A stretch of DNA of 64,000 nucleotides, taken from the NCBI RefSeq assembly GCF_056746865.1, contig NZ_CM163382.1; one strand, 5' to 3'. The notes beneath the pieces were generated by a model. That model searched no databases. It was not told the origin of the DNA and saw nothing but the letters and a program-made list of their open reading frames with translations. The first letter of the stretch is position 1. Each line of letters opens with the position of its first letter. This document shows, piece after piece, positions 27,901-37,267 of the stretch. Made by a program: the position numbers and the translations under genes.

Positions 27901-28467
27901 CTATTCGAGGTTGGCGTGTAGCGCAAAACCTTTGGTTAAGCGATATCCCGTCGACTGCGCCAGATTCACAATCATGGCATCGCCCAGCACCATGACCGCC
28001 TCTTCAAACAGGCTGCCGCCGGGCAGAATGCCTTTCACGTTATCGAGTCCATCCGGCAGTTTGTCGGTATAGGCCGGGATCCTGACCACTACCTCCGCCA
28101 GATTCCCCAGCGTGGACTCGGGGAAAATGGTCAGCAAGGCCACAGTGCCACCCAGTTGCTTCGCTTTCGTTGCCACATTCACCAGCGAAGCCGTTTCACC
28201 CGATGCGCTGGCCAGTAACAGCAGGTCGCCATTTTTCAGCGCAGGCGTGACCACATCGCCGACCACATGCACCTTCAGGCCGATATGCATCAGGCGCATC
28301 GCAAAAGCTTTCAGCATTAATAGCGAACGCCCTGCGCCAAAAACAAACACCGTGTTCGCTTCAGCGATGGCCTGCTCCAGACGTGCCAGCGCAGCGCCAT
28401 CAATCCGCGACATCGCCTGATGCAGGTCAGTACAGGCGACACCTGCAACAGATTGCGTTTCCATCAT
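27901..28467 (-). CDS. 6-phospho-3-hexuloisomerase (SIS domain)
   Basis: 188 aa with VFVFGAGRSLLMLKAFAMRLMHIG and LLLLASASGET, SIS/PHI-type motifs. Confidence 0.8.
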   Translation of the reverse strand: MMETQSVAGVACTDLHQAMSRIDGAALARLEQAIAEANTVFVFGAGRSLLMLKAFAMRLMHIGLKVHVVGDVVTPALKNGDLLLLASASGETASLVNVATKAKQLGGTVALLTIFPESTLGNLAEVVVRIPAYTDKLPDGLDNVKGILPGGSLFEEAVMVLGDAMIVNLAQSTGYRLTKGFALHANLE

Positions 28468-29306
28468 GCGTCCTCCTGACAGAGCGGGAATAAATCATCC
28501 TCATACTGGAGCATCCCCATGATTTCCCGGACATAGTTATCGACATGCCCCAGAAAGTGAAAACGTTCCGGTGCGGCGCGATAGCGTTGATAAAGCGGCG
28601 TATCGAAGGTGATGCCAAGATGCGGGTTCCCTTTGACGGTGGCGAATTTGATGCGCGGAATATGCGGGTAGTAATGATTCTTGCGCACGCAGAGCTGCCC
28701 GTTCTCTTCCACGATGTAGCAGGCCATACCGTGATAAAACTGCACCGTGTCGTAGTGAACCGCGCAGGGTTTATAGGCCAGATTGCTGAACACCAGCGGC
28801 CCGTCGCCAATATTGATGGAGCAGTGGCCGTAATTCGGCGGCACGATAATGCTTTCCCCCTCCTTCACCACCGCCACGATAAGATCGTCCACCAGCAGAT
28901 CTTTTGGCGCGACTGCAAAATCCGGCGACTTTTGCAGGATATATGCCGCAGTCCCCTTAATCACTTCATATAATTCCGGATGGGTGTTGCGCCGCGTGTC
29001 GTTATAGCCGTGATAATGACCGCTGGTTTTCTTGCGCTCCCTACCAATCGTTCCCGACATGATGATGGTGATGTCGTACTGATACTGGTCGGCAGCAAGC
29101 CGTTCCTGATCCTCCGCAAAACTGAGCCCGCGATAAACATCGTAAGCCGGTTCATCACGCTGCGCTTCGGTGAACTCCGGTAAGACCACCGCCATCTGCC
29201 CGGCGCTTTTGCGGCCAAAGCCGAGATAGTTCAGCGGGGGTTTCAGCACCATCACGCCGTCGTCATCGAGATACAGCGGTAAGCCGCTGTGGTGTAGCTG
29301 TTTCAT
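28464..29306 (-). CDS. cupin-type glucose-6-phosphate isomerase family protein
   Basis: 280 aa with TSGHYHGY, HPELYEVIKGTAAYILQ and IIVPPNYGHCSINIG, cupin PGI-like metal-binding motifs. Confidence 0.7.
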   Translation of the reverse strand: MKQLHHSGLPLYLDDDGVMVLKPPLNYLGFGRKSAGQMAVVLPEFTEAQRDEPAYDVYRGLSFAEDQERLAADQYQYDITIIMSGTIGRERKKTSGHYHGYNDTRRNTHPELYEVIKGTAAYILQKSPDFAVAPKDLLVDDLIVAVVKEGESIIVPPNYGHCSINIGDGPLVFSNLAYKPCAVHYDTVQFYHGMACYIVEENGQLCVRKNHYYPHIPRIKFATVKGNPHLGITFDTPLYQRYRAAPERFHFLGHVDNYVREIMGMLQYEDDLFPLCQEDA

Positions 29307-30829
29307 TTTGCCTCCTGTGTATACGCGTTAGCTGCGCGGATCGCCTCTTTCAGCCGATCGGATTTCATGCCAAAGACGCTTTGAATGTTGTTCCCGACCT
29401 CGACGACACCCGCCGCACCAAGCTGTTTCAGCAGCGCTTTGTCCACCAGCGACTTATCCGTCACGTCAATGCGCAGACGCGACATGCAGGCTTCGATGCG
29501 GGTCATATTCCCCAGCCCGCCATAGGCCAGAATGATGCCGCTCACCAGGTCGTTCTGTTCGTTTTCCTGCGCCACAGTGCTTTCTTCGACTTCACACCCC
29601 GGCGTCAGCAAATTCCAGCGGCGGATGGCAAAGGTAAACAGGGCGTAGTACACCGCTCCCATCACCAGCCCGACCGGGAACACCATGTACCAGTGAGGCG
29701 CGCGCGGCAGGACGCCAAAGAACAAATAGTCGATAAGCCCGCCGGAGAAAGAGAGCCCGATGTGCACGCTGAACCACTCCATCAGCAGGAACACCAGCCC
29801 CGCCAGGACGGCGTGAATGCCATATAGCACGGGCGCAACAAACAGGAAGGAGAACTCAATCGGCTCGGTGATGCCGCAGACGATGGAGGTGATCGCGCCA
29901 GAGAGCATAATGCCCTTCACCCGCGCTTTGTTTTCCGGGCTGGCGCAGCGGTAGATCGCCACCGCAATCGCCGGAATGCAGAACATCTTGATCGGCGTCA
30001 GCCCGGCCATAAAGGTTCCGGCGGTAATCGGCACCTGATCTTTCAACTGGGCAAAGAAGATAAGCTGGTCGCCATGCACCACCTGCCCGGCTTTGTTCAC
30101 GTACTCGCCAAACTGCAGCCAGAACGTCGGCCACCAGACATGGTTAAGACCAAACGGAATCAGCAGCCGCTCGACAAAACCGAACAGGAAGGCGGACACG
30201 CCCGGCCCCTGCACCGTCATAGTATTCGACAGGCCATTAATCAGATGCTGAACCGGCGGCCAGACCACCGTCATCACCAGCCCGACAAACAGCGCGGCGA
30301 AGGAGGTCACTATCGGCACAAATCGCTTGCCGGAGAAGAACTCCAGCCATGAAGGAAGCTGGATGCGGTAATAGCGTTTATACAGCCAGGCGGCGATAAT
30401 CCCGATAATGATGCCGCCAAACACGCCGGTCTGGAGCGAAGGGATGCCCAGCACCATCGTGTAGTCACGTACCTGCGCCACCGACTCGGGCGTGATCCCC
30501 AGAAACTGGCCGATGGTGACGTTCATAATCAGAAAACCGGCGATCGCCGACAACCCGGCAATCCCCTGATCGTCACTCAGTCCTACCGCCACGCCGACCG
30601 CAAACAGCAGCGGCAGGTTAGCGAAAATCGCACTGCCCGCTTCAGCCATCAGCTTCAGCACGTGAACCAGCCAGTCAGCGCCGAGAAACGGCAGGCTGGC
30701 GACAATATTGGGATCCTGAAAGCTGACGCCGAAGGCCAGCAAAATACCGGCGGCAGGCAGCATGGCAATGGGGATCATTAACGATCGCCCGATGCTTTGT
30801 AACATTTGCAGAAGGTTGAATCTTTTCAT
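29303..30829 (-). CDS. PTS glucose-family EIICB transporter
   Basis: 508 aa. A polytopic EIIC domain (PtsG/MalX/NagE-like) is followed by EIIB ILAYGGLGNMTRIEACMSRLRIDV containing the active-site Cys. Confidence 0.88.
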   Translation of the reverse strand: MKRFNLLQMLQSIGRSLMIPIAMLPAAGILLAFGVSFQDPNIVASLPFLGADWLVHVLKLMAEAGSAIFANLPLLFAVGVAVGLSDDQGIAGLSAIAGFLIMNVTIGQFLGITPESVAQVRDYTMVLGIPSLQTGVFGGIIIGIIAAWLYKRYYRIQLPSWLEFFSGKRFVPIVTSFAALFVGLVMTVVWPPVQHLINGLSNTMTVQGPGVSAFLFGFVERLLIPFGLNHVWWPTFWLQFGEYVNKAGQVVHGDQLIFFAQLKDQVPITAGTFMAGLTPIKMFCIPAIAVAIYRCASPENKARVKGIMLSGAITSIVCGITEPIEFSFLFVAPVLYGIHAVLAGLVFLLMEWFSVHIGLSFSGGLIDYLFFGVLPRAPHWYMVFPVGLVMGAVYYALFTFAIRRWNLLTPGCEVEESTVAQENEQNDLVSGIILAYGGLGNMTRIEACMSRLRIDVTDKSLVDKALLKQLGAAGVVEVGNNIQSVFGMKSDRLKEAIRAANAYTQEAK

Positions 30830-31051
30830 CTCGATCTCCTGAGCGCGTCTTTATGACAGGGATTCGCACAACAGCAGGTTCTGCTCCGAACACCTTCAGT
30901 ATCCGAACCGGAGATGATTAAAAAAACAGCAACCGACAACGAAAGTTATTTCCGGTTTTCGCTTAAAACCGGAAAATTTATGAGGACAATCACGCCGGAA
31001 ACCGTGAGAAAGGGATAAAAGAGGAAATCGCGTTCGGTGGGAGGCCATCAT

Positions 31052-32731
31052 ATGAGTATCTTCGAGGCGCATTTTCGCAGGCTGCACGCCCGCTACGGCG
31101 CAGGTCAGACGCACGAATTACAGATGCAGGAGATCGCCGCCATCTTCGGCTGTTCAGTGCGTAATTGCCGGATTGCTTTGAAAAAGATGCATCAGGAAAA
31201 ATGGCTCGACTGGCAGCCCCAGCGCGGGCGTGGCAAGCGCTCACGGCTCCACCTGTTAACCTCGCCGGAAAAGCTGTTCAGCCAGAACGTCAATAAGCTA
31301 CTGGAGAAGCAGGATTACGGCAACGTGCTGCGGTTTATCGGCAACGACAAGTATCTGCTGGATCGCCTGAGCCTGTGGCGCTTTGGGGTACAGGATAAAA
31401 GCAGTGAAACGCGGGTGCGCATCCCCTACTATCGCAATCTGGATCCGCTTAACCCGCTCGTCCCCCTGCGGCGGACCGAACGACATCTCCTGCGACAGTG
31501 CCTCAGCGGGCTGACGCGCTATGACGCCGTTCAGGGCAGGATCATCCCCGATATCGCCCACTACTGGACCCACAACGACGACTTTACCCGCTGGGAGTTC
31601 TGGCTGAAATCCACCGCCCGCTTTGCCGATGGCAGCGAACTGAATGCCAGCGCCGTTCAGCGCTGCCTGCTCGCCGCCAGCCAGAGCCCGCAGTTCGCGC
31701 CGCTTTTCAGCCCAATCAAAACCATCACCGCTGACGCCCCCTGGCATCTGGTGATTGAAACGTACCATCCGGTCAGACGGCTCGACTGCCTGCTCGCCAC
31801 TCAGCCGACGATGCTGTTCGATTACCAGCACGGACACATCCGCTGTACCGGCGCTTTCCACCTGCAGGAACACAGTGACAACTTTATGGTTTTGCGGCGC
31901 AATCAACACTGGCACCAGGCGAGGCCCGGACTGGATGAGATCACCATTTTCACCTGGGCTCCGGAGCATATCAGCATGAGCTTTATTCCCCTGCTGCGGG
32001 GCGAAGAGGCGCAGGATGACCGCCCGCTCAACGAGCGTAGTCTGGAGCAGGGCTGCTGTTTTGTGCTGCTCGACGGTGAAGGTGCCTTTGCGGATGAGGC
32101 CGGAAGACGGTTTATCAATTACCTGCTGCAACCTGTCGAACTCCTCAGCCAGACGCAGCTTCCTGACGAATACGCACGCATCCTCTCCGTTGCTCAGGGC
32201 ATGCTGCCGCAGTGGAATCACCGCCCGGTGGATTTCGGCGGGATCACCGCGCCGTTTAACCTGCGTCAGCCGGTTATCATCAGCACCTTTCAGCAGCCGG
32301 AACTGGTGGAGCTTGCCGGAGCGATTCGCATCCTGCTTGAACGCTGGCATATTCGCGCCGAGATACGGATCGACGCATTTGACAGCTTCAACAGCCAGCC
32401 GCGCCCTCCTGCGGATATCTGGCTCAGCAACTTTATGCTCGATACCCTTTCGGTTCCGGCTTTTCTGGAATGGCTGGCTTCCACCACGCTGTTTACGCGA
32501 CTGCCTGAAACCCAGCGACAAAACCTGAACGCCCTGCTGCCGACCATTCTGAACAGCGATAATGAACAGGCGTTCGCAACCATTGCCGCCTTTTTCCATG
32601 AGATGACCCACCAGCGATATGTCATTCCTTTGCTACATCACTGGATGGAATTTGCGACCGAGAAGTCATTTACCTGGCGCGATTTAAATACGCTGGGATG
32701 GCCGGATTTTAGCCAACTTTGGCTCGAATAA
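31052..32731 (+). CDS. SgrR-family transcriptional regulator (wHTH plus solute-binding-protein domain)
   Basis: MSIFEAHFRRL...LQMQEIAAIFGCSVRNCRIALKKMHQEKWLDWQPQRGRGKRSRLHLL parallels the SgrR N-terminus. ATG 31052 has a GGAGG 7 nt upstream. Divergent from the PTS operon. Confidence 0.85.
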   Translation: MSIFEAHFRRLHARYGAGQTHELQMQEIAAIFGCSVRNCRIALKKMHQEKWLDWQPQRGRGKRSRLHLLTSPEKLFSQNVNKLLEKQDYGNVLRFIGNDKYLLDRLSLWRFGVQDKSSETRVRIPYYRNLDPLNPLVPLRRTERHLLRQCLSGLTRYDAVQGRIIPDIAHYWTHNDDFTRWEFWLKSTARFADGSELNASAVQRCLLAASQSPQFAPLFSPIKTITADAPWHLVIETYHPVRRLDCLLATQPTMLFDYQHGHIRCTGAFHLQEHSDNFMVLRRNQHWHQARPGLDEITIFTWAPEHISMSFIPLLRGEEAQDDRPLNERSLEQGCCFVLLDGEGAFADEAGRRFINYLLQPVELLSQTQLPDEYARILSVAQGMLPQWNHRPVDFGGITAPFNLRQPVIISTFQQPELVELAGAIRILLERWHIRAEIRIDAFDSFNSQPRPPADIWLSNFMLDTLSVPAFLEWLASTTLFTRLPETQRQNLNALLPTILNSDNEQAFATIAAFFHEMTHQRYVIPLLHHWMEFATEKSFTWRDLNTLGWPDFSQLWLE

Positions 32732-32835
32732 TGCTACGCCCGCAAAAGCTCGCTAAAGGGCCTTTAAAGGCCTTTAAGGGTAAGGGAGGGAAGTGCGGGA
32801 TTTGGGGCGGGGAACGGTAGACAAATTCAGTCCTC

Positions 32836-33010
32836 ACGACGGAGACTGTTCAAATGTCTCTGTACTGACGCCCCAATATGGCTTTACCACCGTCTCCGAT
32901 TGTTGAACACGTCAATGTCATCGAAGATATCTGCACGATCCAGATCCTGGGTTTTGTAGGCCCGTTTTCTGATGCACTGCTTTTTCAGCGAACTGAAGCA
33001 AGGCCATAGA
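32836..33010 (-). pseudogene. IS3-family transposase (OrfB) C-terminal remnant
   Basis: The minus strand translates to FSSLKKQCIRKRAYKTQDLDRADIFDDIDVFNNRRRW*SHIGGVSTETFEQ. This resembles the conserved IS3-family C-terminus (..SLK.E.I......R....IF.YIE.FYNR.RRHS.LGG.SPEQFE) but carries an internal stop. Confidence 0.6.
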
Positions 33011-33082
33011 AGTAAAACAGTACCGCTGGCAACTGGGCATTTTCTCGCTTTAGCGGAGACCAACAGTATGCTTAGATTCAGT

Positions 33083-33622
33083 TTATGCCGTCAGCCGATA
33101 GTGCGACTGCACCAGACCCGAAGGGAAGCTGCGGCTGGATAATAGCGTCAAATCGATATCATGGGGTAATACTCCGAATAGCGGTTTTCCCGAACCGAGC
33201 AGAACAGGAACAGTTGTGATAACGATATCGGCAACCAGACCTTCGCGCAGGAACGACTGTATTAACTGCCCGCCATCGATATAAACCCGGTGCACGTTCT
33301 TCTCCATAAGGTCAGCAAGAGCCTCCCTTGGCGTGCGGCATGAAAACTGTACTTTACCCTTCAGCGCCTTGGGCACGGGGGTATCGGTTAGCTGCCGGGA
33401 AAGCACCAGCACGGGCCGATCATAAGGCCATTCGTCAAAAGTCAGCACCTTCTCATAGGTGCCTCGTCCCATAATGATCCAATCTTTGTCCGCGATGAAT
33501 GCGGCATAGCCATGATCTTCTGTCGGGTCATCGCGCTTTAACAGCCAGTCGATATCGCCATCCTGTCGGGCGATATAACCATCAAGACTGACCGCGATGA
33601 AAACATGTGTGGTGACCATCAA
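33083..33622 (-). CDS. RibD_C / dihydrofolate-reductase-like family protein
   Basis: 179 aa with HVFIAVSLDGYIARQDGDIDWL, IIMGRGTYE and VYIDGGQLIQSFLREGLVADIVITTVPVLLGSGKPLF. Confidence 0.8.
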   Translation of the reverse strand: MMVTTHVFIAVSLDGYIARQDGDIDWLLKRDDPTEDHGYAAFIADKDWIIMGRGTYEKVLTFDEWPYDRPVLVLSRQLTDTPVPKALKGKVQFSCRTPREALADLMEKNVHRVYIDGGQLIQSFLREGLVADIVITTVPVLLGSGKPLFGVLPHDIDLTLLSSRSFPSGLVQSHYRLTA

Positions 33623-33678
33623 GTGCTCCGTTTTCAGGTTGCATATATCTCGTTGAGTTTAGCAATGTTCGCTCCAGG

Positions 33679-33736
33679 CACGAAGCGAGCAAGTTACCTA
33701 AGTTGAAGGTCCGCAGGGAGCGAGGAGCAGAAGTTC
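33679..33736. repeat. left copy of a 58-bp imperfect direct repeat flanking the 33844-34866 gene
   Basis: CACGAAGCGAGCAAGTTACCTAAGTTGAAGGTCCGCAGGGAGCGAGGAGCAGAAGTTC matches 35066-35123 at 44 of 58 positions in an ungapped alignment done by hand. Confidence 0.65.
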
Positions 33737-33843
33737 GAAGCACATCATGAAGTAAGTTTTAAAATGGGAGATAACTTGCTTTTACATATTTTCCAATGCA
33801 ATATCATACCCTTTTAAAAATAAATCAGATATATGAGGTGAAA

Positions 33844-34866
33844 ATGTCTAGTCTTAATTTATTCGATGATGTCGTACCTTTAGAAAAACAGCATCCAATA
33901 TATATAATGATGAAAAAGGAACGCTATGAACCGGAGAGAGAAGTAATTAACCAATGGGCAAAAGGATTTCTAGACAGGGATAATAAGTTTACAAAAGAAT
34001 TTCAAACAAGTTTTGAACCTTGCCTATGGGAGTTATATCTTTTTGCTTATCTTAAAGAATTGGGTTTAAGGAACGACTTTTCATACGATGCACCTGACTT
34101 CATCGTCAATGAACCTGGGTTTTGCATTGAGGCAACCATAGCCCTTCCGGCACAAGGAGCCCCTGGAGCGCATGGTTTCAGTACGGAAGATATGCCAAGA
34201 GATTTTAATAAGTTTAATTCTGAGGCATCTATTCGACTTAGCAATAGTTTTATATCAAAGGTAAAAAAATTAAGATCGAGATATTCTCAACTTCCTCAAT
34301 GTAAAGAAAAACCTTTTGTTATCGCCATAGCTTCCTTCGACCGACCTTTTGCGCACTTTGCCGCAGCCAGACCCATACTTGCAACATTATATGGTTTATA
34401 TCATGATGAAGAAGCAACCATTGAATCAGGATCAAAGAGCATAATTTCTTATAACGTTGAGGCTGCGGTAAAAAAAGAAAATGTTAATATAGCCATGGGG
34501 TTATTTTGCACGCCTGATTATTCGGATGTAAGTGCTGTGATTTATAGTAGTTTAGCTACTTGGGGAAAAGTAAGAGCTTTGGCGGACAATCCTTCAGCTC
34601 TAACAATTTATACAACCTTTACCCCAAGAGAAAATTCATTATATCCTAAAGTTCATCAAGCCAAAAAAAATGATTATATAGAGCATCTGGCAGATGGATT
34701 GTATATTTTACATAACCCATTTGCCAAGTATCCGTTGCCTAAAGAGACGCTAAGCCACCCTAGAGTAGCACAAGGTTATGTTGAATCTGATGGATACGTC
34801 AATTTTGTAGCGCCAGAGGATTTTCTTTTATTGCGTTTTTTACAATCATTCAATCTTAAAGATTAG
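33844..34866 (+). CDS. uncharacterised protein, paralog B of the 10733-11905 product
   Basis: ATG 33844 is preceded by GAGGTG. 340 aa with FQTSFEPCLWELYLFAYL, APDFIV..FCIEAT, KPFVIAIASFD, IAMGLFC..DVSAVIYS and DGLYILHNPFA. Confidence 0.75.
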   Translation: MSSLNLFDDVVPLEKQHPIYIMMKKERYEPEREVINQWAKGFLDRDNKFTKEFQTSFEPCLWELYLFAYLKELGLRNDFSYDAPDFIVNEPGFCIEATIALPAQGAPGAHGFSTEDMPRDFNKFNSEASIRLSNSFISKVKKLRSRYSQLPQCKEKPFVIAIASFDRPFAHFAAARPILATLYGLYHDEEATIESGSKSIISYNVEAAVKKENVNIAMGLFCTPDYSDVSAVIYSSLATWGKVRALADNPSALTIYTTFTPRENSLYPKVHQAKKNDYIEHLADGLYILHNPFAKYPLPKETLSHPRVAQGYVESDGYVNFVAPEDFLLLRFLQSFNLKD

Positions 34867-35065
34867 TAAATATGGTCATATTTATTTACTTTACATAGAT
34901 AAAGTCTAAAGATGGCACTTCCTTTAAACTCAACTACCTATGATTTAGAGTGGTTGTCCGGCCTGCTTCCGTAACCGTTAGTTCGACTGACGAGATTCCT
35001 GTTTCCCTCTAAAAGACTTGGTTGATTAAAACAGGTCACCGAATAGCCATTTAGTCCACTTTGAC

Positions 35066-35123
35066 CACGAAGCGACCGAACTAACTGAGCAGAAGGTCCG
35101 TTATGAGCGAGGAACGGAAGTTC
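35066..35123. repeat. right copy of the 58-bp imperfect direct repeat
   Basis: CACGAAGCGACCGAACTAACTGAGCAGAAGGTCCGTTATGAGCGAGGAACGGAAGTTC, same orientation as the left copy. Confidence 0.65.
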
Positions 35124-35196
35124 ACAGTTGATCTCACACCCAAATAGTCGCATTACTAACATTGCTGCGTGTTAATCAACAGGCAGCAGGTCACTC

Positions 35197-36294
35197 TTAT
35201 TTTCTTGATAGGCTTTGTATAGTATGAATAAACCTTACAAAGTTATGAAGAAGCTCGTGATTTTCCTCTGATATACCATCTGGGTCAAAGTGCATCACGT
35301 CGTTACGAATTATTCTGACCTTGTCGAGCTCTTTAGTAAATATTTTCTTATCTATTTGAAGTTCGGTTTTTTTCCACAATTCTGGATTTTCAAAAAGTCG
35401 TATATATTCCCCAAAGGTTAAATCTGCGACCGACTCTATAACCCGTTCGCTGTCAAATGGATTAACGATGCTAACAAGCTCATCTTTCGTAAATTTTCCA
35501 TCTATCAGCTTACGAATATGATTTTCGATTTCAGATAGTAAAAGAAAAGGTTCTGACAACTGTCTGAACTGAGAACTAAGATCGGTAGTAGTTATAATCC
35601 CACTAATTCTTTGATCAGAAGATCGCACTAATACGTAAGCATACTCAATAATTCTAGGTAGTGCAGAAAAAATAGAGTCACTGGCGTTTATTTCCCTGTG
35701 TGGCTTCATATAATCACGCACAACCGCAGATTCTGATTGGGTCAACGCTAGTATTGGAGCAATGCTTTCCCAACTAATAACACCTTTAACATCTCGCTCG
35801 CTGGTCATAACGGGTAGTTGAGAGTAGTCATGCCGCAACATCAATGTGATGGCTTCTGTTAATGTAGCGTCAGGTTTCACGGTCACTAGTTTAACATCCG
35901 ATGCTTCGAGTCGACTAACACGGAAGGCTGGCTCGGAAACTGCACCGGAAATTAGTTCATCATGCGGCTGAAATACTGTTTCAGGTGTAGCCAATTCGGC
36001 GTTACTTGATTCGGTTTCTTCATGTAAACATTCACCTGCTTCATGGGGCGTTGCGTCATTCCCCGGAGGTGCATAGATAGTAATTTTTGCATCCAGCGGC
36101 ACACTATCAAAATCAGGTTCGGTTTTAACTCCTAAGCTTTCTAATGCTTTGCGAATTTTGTACGCAACCATGTAGCCTCGACGCTCTGCGCCAAACCAGC
36201 TTATGAATTCTCGCACTGATACTGGGTTTGAGGACATACCGTCTTTTAGTTCACGAAGGATTTCGTTAAGTCTTTCTCGATTTTCTACTGCCAT
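35197..36294 (-). CDS. CBS-pair protein with a C-terminal HEPN-like domain (Rx4H motif)
   Basis: 365 aa. Two CBS-like segments (VKLVTVKPDATLTEAITLMLRHDYSQLPVM..VKGVISWESI and VRDYMKPHREINASDSIFSALPRIIEYAYVLVRSSDQRISGIITTTDL). The C-terminal helical region contains IIRNDVMHF (RNDVMH encoded at 35290-35307). Confidence 0.7.
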   Translation of the reverse strand: MAVENRERLNEILRELKDGMSSNPVSVREFISWFGAERRGYMVAYKIRKALESLGVKTEPDFDSVPLDAKITIYAPPGNDATPHEAGECLHEETESSNAELATPETVFQPHDELISGAVSEPAFRVSRLEASDVKLVTVKPDATLTEAITLMLRHDYSQLPVMTSERDVKGVISWESIAPILALTQSESAVVRDYMKPHREINASDSIFSALPRIIEYAYVLVRSSDQRISGIITTTDLSSQFRQLSEPFLLLSEIENHIRKLIDGKFTKDELVSIVNPFDSERVIESVADLTFGEYIRLFENPELWKKTELQIDKKIFTKELDKVRIIRNDVMHFDPDGISEENHELLHNFVRFIHTIQSLSRK

Positions 36295-36940
36295 AAAATT
36301 TTCTCCATGTAGGTTGTCGGCTACTGTTAGGTTTCAATCTTGATTCAGGCTTCTCACGCTTTTTTTAAAATCTGGACAACGAGGCTGCACTGACTTTTTC
36401 AGCTCACCTCAGATTGCACCATCCCATACACATAGCTCAGATTCCTAATGTTCAGTATAAGGAGGCCAGAATACGAATTGCCCTTACCGCTAGTGCCAGC
36501 GCGTTGAGTTTAGTAGATGCCTTATTCATTTAGAATTTGATAAAAATACAAGACTCGGACAACAAGCTGCAATATTAATCGTTATTTTTCCACTCGAGGC
36601 CCACCGTCCGTTTCTGGCACAGGGCTGCTGTTGCAGCCCTGAAAACCTTAGACTTCAATCGATTCAAAGATCTCTAATGCATCATCTACTTCAATACCCA
36701 GATAACGGACTGTGCTTTCCAGTTTCTTATGGCCCAACAGAAGTTGGATCACCCGAAGATTCTTAGTTTTCTTGTAGATAAAGTAGGGTTTTGTTCTTCT
36801 CATGGAACGTGTGCTGTAAAGCGAATCTTCGAGACCAAGCTTTCCTGCCCACCCATGAAAGATTCGGTTGTATTGTAGGGTTGATATGAACCGCCCCGGA
36901 AATCCTGGAGACTAAACTCCCTGAGAAAGAGGTAAACAGG

Positions 36941-37267
36941 ATGACTAAAAATACTCGTTTTTCCCCCGAAGTCCGTCAGCGGGCGATTCGTATGGTTCTG
37001 GAAAGTCAGGATGAATATGACTCACAGTGGGCGGCAATTTGTTCCATTGCCCCAAAGATTGGCTGTACGCCGGAGACTCTGCGTGTCTGGGTTCGCCAGC
37101 ATGAGCGGGATACCGGGGGCGGTGATGGTGGGCTCACCAGCGCTGAACGTCAGCGTCTGAAAGAGCTGGAACGTGAAAATCGTGAACTGCGCCGCAGTAA
37201 CGATATCCTTCGCCAGGCTTCCGCTTATTTTGCGAAGGCGGAGTTCGACCGCCTCTGGAAAAAATGA
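36941..37267 (+). CDS. IS629 OrfA (HTH transposase subunit)
   Basis: 108-aa ORF inside the IS. It overlaps orfB at AAAAAATGATG, the frameshift region. Confidence 0.9.
   Translation: MTKNTRFSPEVRQRAIRMVLESQDEYDSQWAAICSIAPKIGCTPETLRVWVRQHERDTGGGDGGLTSAERQRLKELERENRELRRSNDILRQASAYFAKAEFDRLWKK

Noticed and set aside
31298-32611. 437-aa minus-strand ORF, the longest unexplained ORF in the track
   Set aside because: It is antisense to the SgrR-family gene, which aligns end to end with my recollection of SgrR. Long shadow ORFs are expected in about 60% GC DNA, and the product is Arg/Gly/Ala-rich without motifs.
33679-35123. Interpreting the 58-bp repeats as coding remnants (both translate to HEA(T/S).L...KVR.ERG.EV in one frame)
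   Set aside because: The frames are open for only about 30 codons, with stops on both sides and no start. They are kept as a nucleotide repeat finding instead.
36372-36571. Direct repeat GGACAAC..GCTGCA (36372-36389 and 36554-36571) upstream of the CBS-HEPN gene, considered as recombinase binding sites
   Set aside because: The match needs an indel and has only about 13 shared bases. This is not convincing at the scale of a 64 kb window.
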